From the NCBI RefSeq assembly GCF_006345805.1, contig NC_043007.1:17298001-17362000 (forward strand): a stretch of DNA of 64,000 bases. The letters run 5' to 3'. The DNA is from Octopus sinensis. Lineage: Eukaryota. Of the stretch, positions 26,616-39,699 are shown in pieces; the stretch's first letter is position 1, and the number at the start of each line of letters is the position of its first letter. Made by a program: the position numbers and the translations under genes. A model generated the notes under the pieces. That model was not told the origin of the DNA, searched no databases, and was given only the letters and a program-made list of their open reading frames with translations.

Positions 26616-26674
26616 TATATACATATATACATACATATATATATATAATATATATATATATATCCATCTCCATC

Positions 26675-27017
26675 CGAATGTGGCTGTGCCAGCGATGCCC
26701 CAACTGGCTTCCGTGCCGGTGGCATGTAAAAAGCACCATCTGATCATGGCCGTTGCCAGCCTCGCCTGGCCTCTGTGCTGGTGGCATGTAAAAAGCACCA
26801 TCCGACCGTGGCCATTTGCCAACCTCGTCTGGCACCTGTGCCAGGGGCACATAAAAAGCACCCACTACACTCTCGGAGTTAGGAAGGGCATCCAGCAGTA
26901 GAAATATTGCCAGATCAGACTGGGCCCGGTGCAGCCTTCTGGCTTCCCAGACCCCGGTCGAACCATCCAACCCATGCCAGCATGGAAAGCAGACGCTAAA
27001 CGATGATGATGATGATG
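26675..27017 (+). mobile_element. SINE-like family B
   Basis: Repeated GTGCCGGTGGCATGTAAAAAGCACC subunits, family-B core and (GAT)n tail. Confidence 0.85.
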
Positions 27018-27174
27018 ATATATATATACATACATATATATATATATAATATATATATAATATATATATATATAACTGTTGAATAACCTATTTTGAATAC
27101 CTGAGAGCAAGCATTTGGCGTAATCTCTTACTATTTAGAAATATATATATATATATTATATATATATATATAAG

Positions 27175-27410
27175 CTTTTTGCAACAAGCATTAACAGACT
27201 TCAGGATGCAAGGCAAAGGAGAAAAGTGGCTGCAAATATACCACCTGCACTGACCTGTAATCCTCATACTTGCAACATCTGTGGCTTTCTTTGAAAATCG
27301 TTGACGGGACTTAAATGTCACATTCTACATAAGCATTATGACTGACAAAGACAACAGCATGTTGTCAGAGTCTCATATGTTGAAACCGATTGGATAGTCC
27401 ATCATCCATC
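27175..27410 (+). mobile_element. RTE (BovB-like) LINE 3' remnant
   Basis: INRLQDARQRRK...HTCNICG....GLKCHILHKH, a terminal C2H2-like motif, followed by a short 3' UTR. Confidence 0.6.
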
Positions 27411-27428
27411 AGCTATATATTATTATTA

Positions 27429-27812
27429 TGTGGAGGCGCAATGGCCCAGTGGTTAGGGCAGCGGACTCGTGGTTGTAGGATCGCGGTTTCGATTCCCAGA
27501 CCGGGCATTGTGAATGTTTATTGAGCGAAAACACCTAAAGCTTCACAAGGCTCCTGCAGGGGATGGTGGTGATCCCTGCTGTACTCTTTCACCACAACTT
27601 TCTCTCACTCTTTCTTCCTGTTTCTGTTGTACCTGTATTTCAAAGGGGCCGGCCTTGTCACTCTCTGTGTCACGCTGAATATCCCCGAGAACTACGTTAA
27701 GGGGGTGCATGTCTGTGGAATGCTCAGCCACTTGCATGTTAATTCCACGAGCAAGCTGTTCCGTTGATCGTATCAACCGGAACCCTCGTCGTCGTAACCG
27801 ACGGAGTGCTTC
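27429..27812 (+). mobile_element. SINE family C, tail type 1, full length
   Basis: tRNA-like head; flanking direct repeat ATATATTATTATTAT. Confidence 0.9.
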
Positions 27813-27877
27813 CTTCCATATATTATTATTATATGAGAGATGCACAGTGATGGTGCAAAATAAACAAGCTTTTAGAT

Positions 27878-28247
27878 CTCTTTTACTCTTTTACTTGTTT
27901 CAGTCATTTGACTGAGGCCATGCTGGAGCACTGCCTTTAGTGGAAGAAATCAATCCCAGGACATATTCTTTGTAAGCCTAAGACTTATTCTATCGATCTC
28001 TTTTGCTGAACCGCTAAGTTACAGGGACGTAACACACCAGCATCGGTTGTCAAGCAGTGTTGAGGGGACAAACACACACATACATATATACGACAGGCTT
28101 CTTTCAGTTTCCGTCTACCAAATCCGCTCACAAGGCTTTGGTTGGCCTGAGGCTATAGTAGAAGACACTTGCCCAAGATGCCACGCAGTGGGACTAAACC
28201 CTGAACCATGTGGTTGGTAAGCAAGCTACTTACCACACAGCCACTCA
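27878..28247 (-). mobile_element. SINE family A
   Basis: Family-A match. Confidence 0.9.
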
Positions 28248-28626
28248 ACTGTTAATATGTAAAAGAAGTTTTTTTCACAAGACCTGTAAAAAGGTATTGC
28301 CACTATGGTTTGCAATGGAGATAATTTCCCACTTTAAGCAAATAGTGTTAAACCACAAAAGTTCCTTCATAGGATATGCATTTCAAGCTTTTTATGCTCT
28401 CTTCAAGACAGCTCTAAACTGATTGAAAATTGATATTTCCTTATAAGGAATCAGTAAAATTTATCTACCTGTAGCATGCTTTGGGTGCCAGGCTGGAATA
28501 AAACATATGAGAGCATGCTAAACAGTTGTGTGAAATAACCAAACTTTTAGGTCACCTTAAATATGCTTGGAACATATTTGACCTGTAAAGAGGCATTATC
28601 ACTGAAGTTTGCCATCTTTATCTTTG

Positions 28627-28662
<36 letters not shown>

Positions 28663-28664
28663 TA

Positions 28665-28995
28665 TCATCATCATCATCATCATCGTTTAACGTCCGCTTT
28701 CCATGCTAGCATGGGTTGGACGATTTAACTGAGGACTGGCGAACAGATGGCTGTGCCAGGCTCCAATCTGATCTGGCAGAGTTTCTACAGCTCAATGCTC
28801 TTCCTAACGCCAACCACTCCAAGAGTGTATAGGGTGCTTTTAATGCACCACTGGCACGAGGGCCAGGCTGGCAACAGCCACGCTCGAAAATGGTGTTTTT
28901 TATGTGCCACCTGCACAGGAGTCAGTCCACCGGCACTAGCAACAACCTTGCTCGAATGTTTTGTTCATGTGCCAGTGAGGCGACGCTGACAATGA
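28665..28995 (-). mobile_element. SINE-like family B
   Basis: Family-B match. Confidence 0.85.
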
Positions 28996-29000
28996 TCATG

Positions 29001-29029
<29 letters not shown>

Positions 29030-29032
<3 letters not shown>

Positions 29033-29350
29033 TGACTCAGTGGTTAGAGTATTGGGCTCACAATCACGAGGTAGTGAGTTCAATTCCTGGACCAGGCTGT
29101 GTGTTGTGTTCTTGAGCAAGACACTTTATTTCATATTGCTCCAGTTCACTCAGCTGTAGAAATGAGTTGCAACATCATTGGTGCTAAACTTTATTGGCTT
29201 TTGCTTTTCCCTTGGATAACATCAGTGGTGTGGAGAGGGGAGGCTGGTATGCATGGGTGATTGCAACAACCTTGCCTGGACTTGTGCCTCATAGGGTAAC
29301 TTTCTAGGTGCAATCCCATGGTCAGTCATGACTGAAGCGGGGTCTTTACC
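29030..29350 (+). mobile_element. SINE family E
   Basis: Homologous to the reverse complement of 15610-15945. Confidence 0.85.
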
Positions 29351-30214
29351 CTTTCTGTGTGTGTGTGTGTGTGTGTGTGTTGTGTGTGTGTAAACGTATA
29401 TATATATGTTGTGGATTCTCCCATGGCATTTGGCATATGAGTGTCTAACAGCCAATATTATAACCACCAGATTACCCGCACAGATGAATTGTTTTAAGTG
29501 GTGAAGGCTGAAAGCAGAAATTTGGTGTGAATGTTTGCCACAAACGCAGTAAACAACATACCTCAGGCTTTTATATTAGAGTTCTCCATCTCCTGGCTTA
29601 GAGTCTAACCAACCTTGGCAGACTAAATGCACATCTAGACACCAAACTAGCCATTGCATTTCATGAATGTACCTAGTCTAAACTTCTAGTTACTCTAAGT
29701 TACGTATAATGCAAGGATTAAAGTCCCTGTTATGACACAATGATTTCAACAAATTTTGAACTCATGATCTTGTGATCAGAAGTCCAGTATCTTAGCTTTG
29801 TTGCTACCTTTATTGTTGTTAATTAGCTCTAGGTAAACCCTGATAAAGCAATCTATGATCAAAAGCACTCCAGCCCAAATCATTGCATCTTTTTTCTATG
29901 TGCACAGAGCCTGGAACCGCATCATCCAATGGGTCTTTCTCAAAGATTGTGAGTGTGATTTCAAGAAGATTTGCCTGCTATTTCTAGCAAGTCAAACAAC
30001 CACATAGAGACATTTTGCATCATGTAATGTACCTCTTCTAAACTACCAGTCACTATAAATTGTAATACATGTTTTAAAATACTCTTGGGCGGGCAAATTG
30101 TTAACTTTCTGAATGGCATACTTAATGAAAAATTACCTTGAATTATTTTAGTCATACGACCCACCTGATGCTAATAATGACTTATGTGGCACACTTCTCA
30201 AGAAAAATGCCCAT

Positions 30215-30605
30215 GGCACAGGACTGTGTTATAAGTAGCTTGCTTACCCAACCACATGGTTCTGGGTTCAGTCCCACTGCGTGCACCTTGGGCAAGTGTC
30301 TTCTACTATAGCCTCGGGCCGAGCAAAGCCTTGTGAGTGGATTTGGTAGACGGAAACTGAAAGAAGCCCGTCGTATATATGTGTGTGTGTGTGGTGTGTG
30401 TGTGTGTGTGTATGTGTTTGTCCCGCCAACATTGCTTGACAACCGATGCTGGTGTGTTTACATCCCTGTAACTTAGCGGTTCGGCAAAAGCGACCAATAG
30501 AATAAGTACTAGGCTTACAAAGAATAAGTCCTGGGGTCGATTTGCTCGACTAAAAGGCGGTGCTCCAGCATGGCCACAGTCAAATGACTGAAACAAGTAA
30601 AAAAA
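30215..30605 (+). mobile_element. SINE family A
   Basis: Family-A match. Confidence 0.9.
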
Positions 30606-31312
30606 AAAAAAGAGTTTAAAATACTCTTGCTCAAGAAAACAATGCATCATCCAGTCCAGGAATCAAAACCACAATCATATGAGCATGAGTCCAACACCCT
30701 AACCACTAAGCAACGTGCCTCCATTTTGCAGCAGAGTGGACTTTACTAAAGATACCCAAAGACCAGGTGGATTTGTAACAAATTTTGAACTTGTGCTTTT
30801 GTTGCTAGTGAGCCAGTCTCTTAACCACTCAGCCACTGTAAAGCATCAGGTGTGAGCATCTTATAGTAACTATTGTTATACATAAGAAAGAATATTTATT
30901 TAATAAAAGTCTTCAGATAATGCATCCAACTTGTGAAAAAAAACGTTTCCTTCTGAAGTTCTGAAGGTTATAAGAGCAGGTAACACCTGAGTTTGTTGCT
31001 TACACCTGGAGACTCTCCCAATCTCTCTCTCTCTCTCTCGTTCTGTTGTAACCTGACTTAACGTGATTTAAGTGAGTCAAAATGCAAACAGTAACTTGAT
31101 CCTGTGTATAATTGCCTCACTTCGTTTACAAATACATCAGCAGGTATCTATTTGATGCTAAGCATGGTGAATGTTGAAGCGTTCTTTTTTTCACCTCACT
31201 TCACCAGAGCTTTCTAACAATGCACTAAACTGTTTGTTTATAAAGGTTTATATTTGCTTGACACTGTTTCTGCCTTTCATTTTACATATCATTCTCCTAC
31301 ACTCCTCTCTCT

Positions 31313-31359
<47 letters not shown>

Positions 31360-31696
31360 CTCTTTCTCTCTCTTCCTGTATTGATTTTTGTTTTATTCAA
31401 AAGCTTTTTACTTTTACTTTCTGTATCATTTATTTTCTGCTTTAATTCTATATAATTATCTGAATCATCATAATTGCAATCATCGTCATCAATACATTTA
31501 CAAACACACACACACACACACGTGCACACACACACACACGTGCACACACACACACACAAACACACACACATACGTATATATATATGTTTATACACACATA
31601 CATATATGTGTGTGTGTGTGTGTATAAGTACAGGCATCCACTAGGTAGGGCCATAAATGTGAGGTTAAGATGCTTGCTTCCCAACCACATACTCTT

Positions 31697-31923
31697 ATTT
31701 CTTTATTACCCACAAGGGGCTAAACATAGAGGGGACAAACAAGGACAGACAAATGGATTAAGTTGATTATATCGACCCCAGTGCGTAACTGGTACTTATT
31801 TAATCGACCCCGAAAGGATGAAAGGCAAAGCCGACCATGGCGGAATTTGAACTCAGAACGTAGTGGCAGTCGAAATACGGCTACGCATTTCGCCCGCCGT
31901 GCTAACGTTTCTGCCAGCTCGCC
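31697..31923 (-). mobile_element. SINE family D nested in an older family-A head (31650-32035)
   Basis: Flanking duplication CCACAT(A/G)CTCTT. Confidence 0.85.
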
Positions 31924-32285
31924 ACATGCTCTTGGGTTCAGCCCCACTTTATAGCACCATGGCATGTGTCTTCTACTATGGCCCCGAGGCAACCAAAGAC
32001 TTGTGAGGGGATTTGGTTGATGGAAACTGAAATGTGTGTGCGTGGTTGGGGGTATCCTCTTGTCCAGACAAATTGTGATGGTTGTACATGAGCATCATCA
32101 TCATCATCATCAAACTGGTGAGGATTTTCATTTCCAGTTGTCAGCCATGAGGAAACATTACCTTGCTTGGAAACAGGTGAGGGTCAGTTATGAGAAAGGT
32201 AACCAACCATAGAAAATCTGCTTCAGCTAATTCCTTCTGACCCCTGCAAACATGGAAAAGTGCACATTAAAATGATGATGATAAT

Positions 32286-32333
<48 letters not shown>

Positions 32334-32819
32334 TATTGTATACAGTACTCAGGTGTACTATAACTCATCAGAAAAAGTGACAAAAGGTGCGTGGACAGTA
32401 CAGAGAATAATGCACGGGAAAAGAGAAGTCTTTAAAAAAATGTAGGGGAACATCAAATGTACTGCTGGGAAATTTTAGAAAGCATAGACATTCTGAAGGA
32501 TACAGATAATGCTATCAGCTAACTACAGATGAGGGTAGATTATTACTTGCTTCAGAAATTCTAAGTGTGGAGAAATGTTTCTGAAAGTCATGAGTACTAC
32601 ATTGTTTTGTTTTTTTTCTGATTTTGTAAGTATAGCCACGAGTGTTAGGCATAGGAAATTCAAAAAGGTGCCCAAGGTTGTTGTAGGAAAGATGGTGGAT
32701 AATCTAGTCGGTGTCTTCCAAGTCAATTGTCAGACCTCAGACATGAATGCATGAAAAAACAGTTTTTCTTTTCCTTGTGCTTCATTAAATACATGACTAT
32801 GTTCCAGTTTTATCTTTTT

Positions 32820-33218
32820 ACTAGCAGTATCACCCGGCATTACTTGGGTTTGTTTCGACCCTTTAGAATTGACATTTTTGAAAAGTAAATATTTTGCATT
32901 ATGTAGCTTGTTATTCTCTTTAAGTGAACATTTTTCTGGTTGAAATATACCGAAAAATGGCGACACAGCAGTCAAAAAATCGTAAAAAATAGGGATTTTC
33001 ATAGAAAAAAAGCACCTTTTTGATGTAAATAATTTTTGGTGTTAACATGGTCTGATTTGAATTTTTTCCTTCTACGGAAGGAAGAGCAAGCTTTCTTCTA
33101 TCATACTCTCAATTTTGGTCAACTTGCACCGCAGGGTCTTGGAGGAGATAGTGTTAGTTGAAGGCTACCAAACCTGCCATACACAGACAACTTCAGCTTT
33201 ATATATATAGAGAGAGAT
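32820..33218 (+). mobile_element. Helitron/Helentron-like non-autonomous element (copy of 7882-8275)
   Basis: Colinear and highly similar to 7882-8275. Confidence 0.65.
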
Positions 33219-33683
33219 TTCAATCCTTCATATTTTTTTCATTAGCTTTTGCAGCTGGTTTGGAACTCTAGAGTTTCCTAAACTGGTGGTCATTCATTTG
33301 CTGCTTTTATTAATCTATATTCCAGTAACTCCACTTCATTCCTGGCACCCAATCCTTATAGCTAATCCCTTCCCTAGACATGACAATAAAATATAAATAT
33401 ATACAATTACTTTATTATATTGAGGGATGTAATGTCTAGTTAATCCTAGTATAACCCTCTTAACAAATGCTATCTTATAATCTCAGCAACTAAGCTTCAC
33501 CTGATTTTTTTTTCCATTAGTTACCTAATGAGTCAGTGAGAAAGCCTCTATGTGGTCATCTGGCCTGCTAGAAATTGCTGTTATATCTTCAGTTCACAGT
33601 ATACAATAGCCAAAAGGATGAAAATACTAGCTATGTTTCTGGTTTCCCTGTACAACAACAAAGAAAATAAAAAATTATGAGAT

Positions 33684-34097
33684 AGGTGTAGAAGTGGCTG
33701 TGTGGTAAGTAGCTTGCTTACCAACCACATAGTTCTGGGTTCAGTTCCACTGCATGGCATCTTGGGCAAGTGTCTTCTACTATAGCCTCGGGCCGACCAA
33801 AGCCATGTGAGTGGATTTGGTAGACGGAAACTGAAAGAAGCCTGTTGTATATATGTACACACACACATATATATATGTGTGTGTGTGTGTTTGTATTTGC
33901 CCCCCCAACATTGCTTGATAACTGATGTTGGTGTGTTTATGTCCCTGTAACTTAGCAGTTCGGCAAAAGAGACCGATAGAATAAGTACTAGGCTTACAAA
34001 GAATAAGTCCTGGGGGCGATTTGGTCAACTAAAGGCGGTGCTCCAGTATGGCCACAGTCAAATGACTGAAACAAGTAAAAGAGTAAAAGAGTAAAAG
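33684..34097 (+). mobile_element. SINE family A
   Basis: Family-A match. Confidence 0.9.
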
Positions 34098-34282
34098 GGA
34101 GTGTTACTTTGGATCTTCTTGATCAAAGGTCTGCTTAATCAAGGTTGACTTAGGCCTTTACAACTTTGTCTTCAAGACTCAAACTATATATATATATATG
34201 TGTGTATACACACACACGCACGCATGCACGAACATGCACATCCATATATGTACATAAATATATGTGTAAATAGATATGTGAT

Positions 34283-34385
34283 CTGAGGAGGTTTCTTCTG
34301 TGCTGTGGGGTGCACTCAGTTCCATTACATCATTCCCTACCCACTAGGGAGCAGTGCAGAAGTAAAGCCAAAACAACTGTCGCCC
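34283..34385 (+). ncRNA. Decayed hammerhead-ribozyme motif in a PLE-like 3' remnant
   Basis: CTGAGGA, stem II GGTTTCTTCTGTGCTG/CAGTGCAGAAGTAAAGCC, AAA (GAA with G>A at a CpG), ACAACTGT, C, then AATAAA. Stem I is absent. Confidence 0.5.
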
Positions 34386-34461
34386 TAAATAAAGCTTCCA
34401 GTACATTCTCTCTTCCACATTAATCACTTAGATTATATAGAAATATATATATAAATATGTG

Positions 34462-34507
<46 letters not shown>

Positions 34508-35953
34508 TGATAAAACGGTAAGATAACAAAAGAAAGAAAGAGACCTCAATATTATGTAAATAGAGGAAATTTATCTATACAATATGTTACATTACTCGGT
34601 AGTCAAGATAAAACTCTGAGTTTCAGATGCCGAAGTGGAAATCCACAACACCATCTCTTCGGTTATCTGGCTATTTGAAAACGTTATGAAAAAATACCGT
34701 TAAAAATGAAGGGAAATTACTCTGTTGTAACTCTGCTTTGCCTGCGTACTTATACATCGCTCGCATTTTTCGTCATAAAAATTATATAAAAATACATAAA
34801 AATATATAAAAATATATAAAAATATATAAAATCTTCTTGGGACATAACACAGAAAGCATGTTCTATCCGTTTTCTTTAGGGGACCAAAAACGTAACAGAA
34901 ATTTAGTCACATGTGGGCATGATCCGAAAAGCTCTGTCCTTGTATTTAGACATGTGGTAGGGTCTAAGCTGCTTTTCCAGATAAGCCATCTCTCCATGTC
35001 GCATAAACCGCCCTTCCGCTGCCGTTAGTATAGGGCTTACATCTGGCCAAAATCTTCCATTGTATGTTATAATCGACACTTTATCTCTTAAAGACCAAAT
35101 ATGATTGGATAATTGTGTCGCTTTTCTTTCTTTGTTCCAGTGCCTAAAGCTCAAAGTGTGGTTATTGAACCTGGCCTTGAAATTACCCTCTGTCAGGCCC
35201 ACGTATTCTCTTCGTCGAAACGGTGTCTTTAGTGTTATAGAGTTTACGGTAGCTTCATATATGATGGTCTTGGACATGCAAGCTCCATTTAGCGGGCACA
35301 ATTCTTTATTCTGCATGAACAGCTGTTTTCTTCTTGTGTTTTTTGTATGTTATGATTGATTATGTTTTTAAAATTGGTAGTTGAACTAAAACTATTTTAA
35401 ATTGTGTCTATTAAGAGTTTCCTATAAGCATGGTTAACTGGAAAATGTCTATCTATCAGTGCTAGGAAATATTTACCTATATTGAAGGCCACCTCGGGTG
35501 AGTAAGGGGGCGTAAACCAGATGACCTTCCTATTTCTATTATTCCTTTTCCTTATTGTTGGGCTGGTGATAGGTGTATATTTTATTTTTTCGCTAAAACC
35601 ACTATCTTTTAAAGCTTTATTATAAACTGGGGCAACGCTATTGAAGATGTCCTCATTAGATGAGAGGCTAGAAATCCTCTTACTAATATTTTTAACTAAA
35701 TTTTTGAATACTATAGGGGGATGGCATGAACCTACATTAATATAACTTAGTCTATCATTGGGCTTCCTATAAGGCTTATAAATATTATTATTAAGATCTA
35801 AGGAAACGTCTAAGAAATTGACAACCGTCAGGTTAGTGTCTATAGTTATACTAAGTCCGAAGTTTTCATTAACTGGATAGTATCCTTCCTAAAACGATCT
35901 TGTGCTGGTCCATTTGTATTAGCTGTTAAGGCGAGGGCATCATCTTTGTAGAT
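34508..35953 (-). mobile_element. Penelope-like retroelement, 5'-truncated, left arm of fold-back
   Basis: The reverse complement reads IYKDDALALT...FGLSITIDTNLTVVNFLDVSLDL...YKPYRKPND...YINVGSCHPP (RT motif C to thumb), then GIY-YIG (ORF 34903..35316) and a 3' UTR ending at (TA)n. Confidence 0.92.
34606..34668 (-). ncRNA. Minimal hammerhead-like motif in PLE 3' UTR (left arm)
   Basis: Exact reverse complement of 37219-37281. Confidence 0.55.
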
Positions 35954-36391
35954 GGCGATCTACAAAGATGATGGACCAGCACAAGATCGTTTTAGGAAGG
36001 ATACTATCCAGTTAATGAACACTTCGGACTTAGTATAACTATAGACACTAACCTGACGGTTGTCAATTTCTTAGACGTTTCCTTAGATCTTAATAATAAT
36101 ATTTATAAGCCTTATAGGAAGCCCAATGATAGACTAAGTTATATTAATGTAGGTTAGGTTCATGCCATCCCCCTATAGTATTCAAAAATTTAGTTAAAAA
36201 TATTAGTAAGAGGATTTCTAGCCTCTCATCTAATGAGGACATCTTCAATAGCGTCCCCAGTTTATAATAAAGCTTTAAAAGATAGTGGTTTTAGCGAAAA
36301 ATAAAATATACACCTATCACCAGCCCAACAATAAGGAAAAGAATAATAGAAATAGGAAGGTCATCTGGTTTACGCCCCCTTACTCACCGAG

Positions 36392-37024
36392 GTGGCCTTC
36401 AATATAGGTAAATATTTCCTAGCACTGATAGATAGACATTTTCCAGTTAACCATGCTTATAGGAAACTCTTTAATAGACACAATTTAAAAATTAGTTTTA
36501 GTTCAACTACCAATTTTAAAAACATAATCAATCATAACATACAAAAAACACAAGAAGAAAACAGCTGTTCATGCAGGAATAAAGATTTGTGCCCGCTAAA
36601 TGGAGCTTGCATGTCCAAGACCATCATATATGAAGCTACCGTAAACTCTATAACCACTAAAGACACAGTTTCGACGAAGAAATACGTGGGCCTGACAGAG
36701 GGTAATTTCAAGGCCAGGTTCAATAACCACACTTTGAGCTTTAGGCACTGGAACAAAAGAAAAGCGACACAATTATCCAATCATATTTGGTCTTTAAGAG
36801 ATAAAGGTGTCGATTATAACATACAATGGAAGATTTTGGCCAGATGTAAGCCCTATACTAACGGCAGCGGAAGGTGCGGTTTATGCGACATGGAGAGATG
36901 GCTTATCTGGAAAAGCAGCTTAGACCCTACCACATGTCTAAATACAAGGACAGAGCTTTTCGGATCATGCCCACATGTGACTAAATTTCTGTTACGTTTT
37001 TGGTCCCCTAAAGAAAACGGATAG
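36392..37024 (+). pseudogene. PLE GIY-YIG endonuclease domain (C-terminal part of a truncated RT-EN ORF)
   Basis: CSCRNKDLCPLNGAC linker, IIY...KYVGLTEGNFKARFNNH, LSNHIW, CGLCDME, LNTRTEL..CPH. Confidence 0.9.
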
Positions 37025-37218
37025 AACATGCTTTCTGTGTTATGTCCCAAGAAGATTTTATATATTTTTATATATTTTTATATATTTTTATGTATTTTTA
37101 TATAATTTTTATGACGAAAAATGCGAGCGATGTATAAGTACGCAGGCAAAGCAGAGTTACAACAGAGTAATTTCCCTTCATTTTTAACGGTATTTTTTCA
37201 TAACGTTTTCAAATAGCC

Positions 37219-37281
37219 AGATAACCGAAGAGATGGTGTTGTGGATTTCCACTTCGGCATCTGAAACTCAGAGTTTTATCT
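37219..37281 (+). ncRNA. Minimal type-I hammerhead-like motif in PLE 3' UTR (right arm)
   Basis: AGATAA-CCGAAGA-GATG..CATC-T-GAA-ACTC(A)GAGT-T-TTATCT. All three stems pair, but the core is a variant. Confidence 0.55.
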
Positions 37282-37310
37282 TGACTACCGAGTAATGTAA
37301 CATATTGTAT

Positions 37311-37434
<124 letters not shown>

Positions 37435-37439
37435 TAAAC

Positions 37440-37708
37440 TTGACTGCTCTCACAAATGAGAATACTAAAAATGAACCTAACCACTCTCAAAAGTTAAGTA
37501 AAAAAACTGGAAAAATAATCCAGAATCCTTGTCCAGTATTGGATCGATCCCAAAATCTAATCGGTCTGTGCCAGTCACGAGGCCAAACATCCCTGAAAGT
37601 TTCATCTGAATCCATCCAGTGGTTCTTGAGATATCTTGTCCACGGACAAACAAACAAACAAGCATGACTGAAAGCAACACCTCCTCCTTCGTTAAGACGG
37701 AGGTAATA
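37440..37708 (-). mobile_element. Helentron/HINE-like non-autonomous element
   Basis: The reverse complement starts TTATTACCTCCGTCTTAACGAAGGAGGAGG (hairpin), then (TTTG)n and GATATCTCAAGAACCACTGGATGGATT...ATGAAACTT. Confidence 0.5.
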
Positions 37709-37729
37709 ACGATATTTTTTTTATTATAA

Positions 37730-38130
37730 ACTAGCAGTATCGCCCGGCGTTGCTCAGGTTTGTAAGGGAAATAACTATATAAGCATTTTTAGAGATGTAA
37801 AGTATAATAGCCATCTCAATATGGCTAACCACAAAGGGGGGGGGTGTTACTGTAGCTTTTTACGTTCTGAGATTTAAAAATAAATTTTTAGAGAGTTACT
37901 TCCCTTATATATGCCAAAAATGCATTAAAAAATGGGAAAAATTTATGGTAAATTTTTTTTTAAATCGTAGACTCATCGTAGACGCGCGCTAATACCCAGA
38001 AGGGCTCGATATGAATCACGACTATAAGATACCTGCTTTTGGTTAAACTGCACCGCAAAATGTGGGAGTAGTTAGGAATCTAAATCGTAGGAGACAGACA
38101 ACACACAACCTCCCTTTTATATATAAAGAT
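37730..38130 (+). mobile_element. Helitron/Helentron-like element, second subfamily
   Basis: Same 5' ACTAGCAGTATCGCCCGGCGTTGCTC and 3' TTTTATATATAAAGAT, with a different interior. Confidence 0.6.
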
Positions 38131-38826
38131 GATCTTGACATTCTTTTTTACATAAAATATTGTTTACATTGTTTTATTACCATTTATTTATAAAATTTTA
38201 TTGGTAAAATATTTTTCTGGGAATGAATTACGATTTATAACACTTCTACTATGGGAAATTATTGCTCTGCTTTACGAGTTTCCACTTTACAAGCGGTTGC
38301 CGGGAGCTAATTAACTCATATGTCAAGGCATTACAGCCTTGTCTTCCTACTGTGCTTGTCTGACGGCTTTTGTTTCGTTTTCATCAAAGGTCAAGCTCAC
38401 CCATCCAACACTTGGCAACTTGACATCATATAAACTCACGGCCGCCAGTCTGGTCAGTTCATGACACAGTTTATCAGAATTATATTAAGACTATCACTTT
38501 CTTGTTTTTTGCTTTTTTTTTTCCATTGCTAAACTATTAATGCGCTATGAAGAAAAAAAGCAAAAAAAAAAAAAATAATAATCACATTCCATGAATGTCT
38601 GTAATTATTTTCCATCAATAAAAAATGTCTTGCTTTGTGAAATGCTTAATTTATTTTAATTCATGCACTTTGGGTTATGTTATGCTAATGATTTCTTATA
38701 AGAATGAAACAATACTACAAAGGATTTCGTATTGAAATTTTTATATCATTATAATATGTAAGCAGAAAAATTAAATATGTATATTTTATGCATCTTCTTC
38801 CTTCTTCCACAATATAAATTTCAAGC

Positions 38827-39200
38827 TTCTTGCTTACCAACCACATGGTTCTGGGTTCAGTCCCGCTGTGTGGCACCTTGGGCAAGTGTCTTCTACTATA
38901 GCCTCGGGCCGACCAAAACCTTGTGAGTGGATTTGGTAGACAGAAACTGAAAGAAGCCCGTCGTATATATGTATACATGTGTGTGTGTGTGTGTGTGTCT
39001 GTATTTGTCCCCCCAAAATCGCTTGACAACTGATGCTGGTGTGTTTACATCCCTGTAACTTAGTGGTTCAGCAAAAGAGATCGATAGAATAAGTCTTAGG
39101 CTTACAAAGAATATGTCCTGGGATTGATTTCTTCCACTAAAGGCGGTGCTCCAGCATGGCCTTAGTCAAATGACTGAAACAAGTAAAAGAGTAAAAGAGT
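38827..39200 (+). mobile_element. SINE family A
   Basis: Family-A match. Confidence 0.9.
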
Positions 39201-39699
39201 ATATAAATGTTCCTTGTCGAACCATTGTTTCTTGATCTTGACCTTAACGAAGCATGGTTTTGCAAACCACCCAAAGAACAAAGAAATGGAAAGATAGCAA
39301 TGAACTTGGTGCCCCCAAGTAGATTGTGGATATACTTGAACTGAAGGTCAGTAGTGAGGTTAAACTGGTTGTGTTGTTAATGGTTCATCCAAAGCATTTA
39401 GAAGTTCATTGAAAATGCCTAGAGGTTCATCCAGAGTAGCTGGAGATTCATTCAAAACACCATGTAGCATTTTTCTGCAAGCTACATGAGACAAAAAGTC
39501 ATGATCTTGTTTGAATTGTAATGCCAATATTGAACTAAAAGAATTTGTAGACCCTTCATATTTTGAGTCTCATAAGCTGCCAATTCATATTTGTGTTCTA
39601 ACAGTTGTGAAGTTATGGGAAATAGTTGAACAGGGCATTTTAGAGCTTGTTCACCCGTTAATAGCACGTGGACATCACAAACCCACCCACCCACCCCTA

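Noticed and set aside
27429-27505. tRNA gene
   Set aside because: The A/B boxes belong to a SINE head that continues into a SINE body with flanking duplications; I could not establish a complete cloverleaf.
36392-37024. Stand-alone GIY-YIG nuclease gene
   Set aside because: It is the C-terminal part of a truncated PLE ORF; the GTG start reflects upstream frameshifts.
38215-38336. Possible Tigger/pogo terminal fragment
   Set aside because: Resemblance only; no partner TIR or transposase was found.
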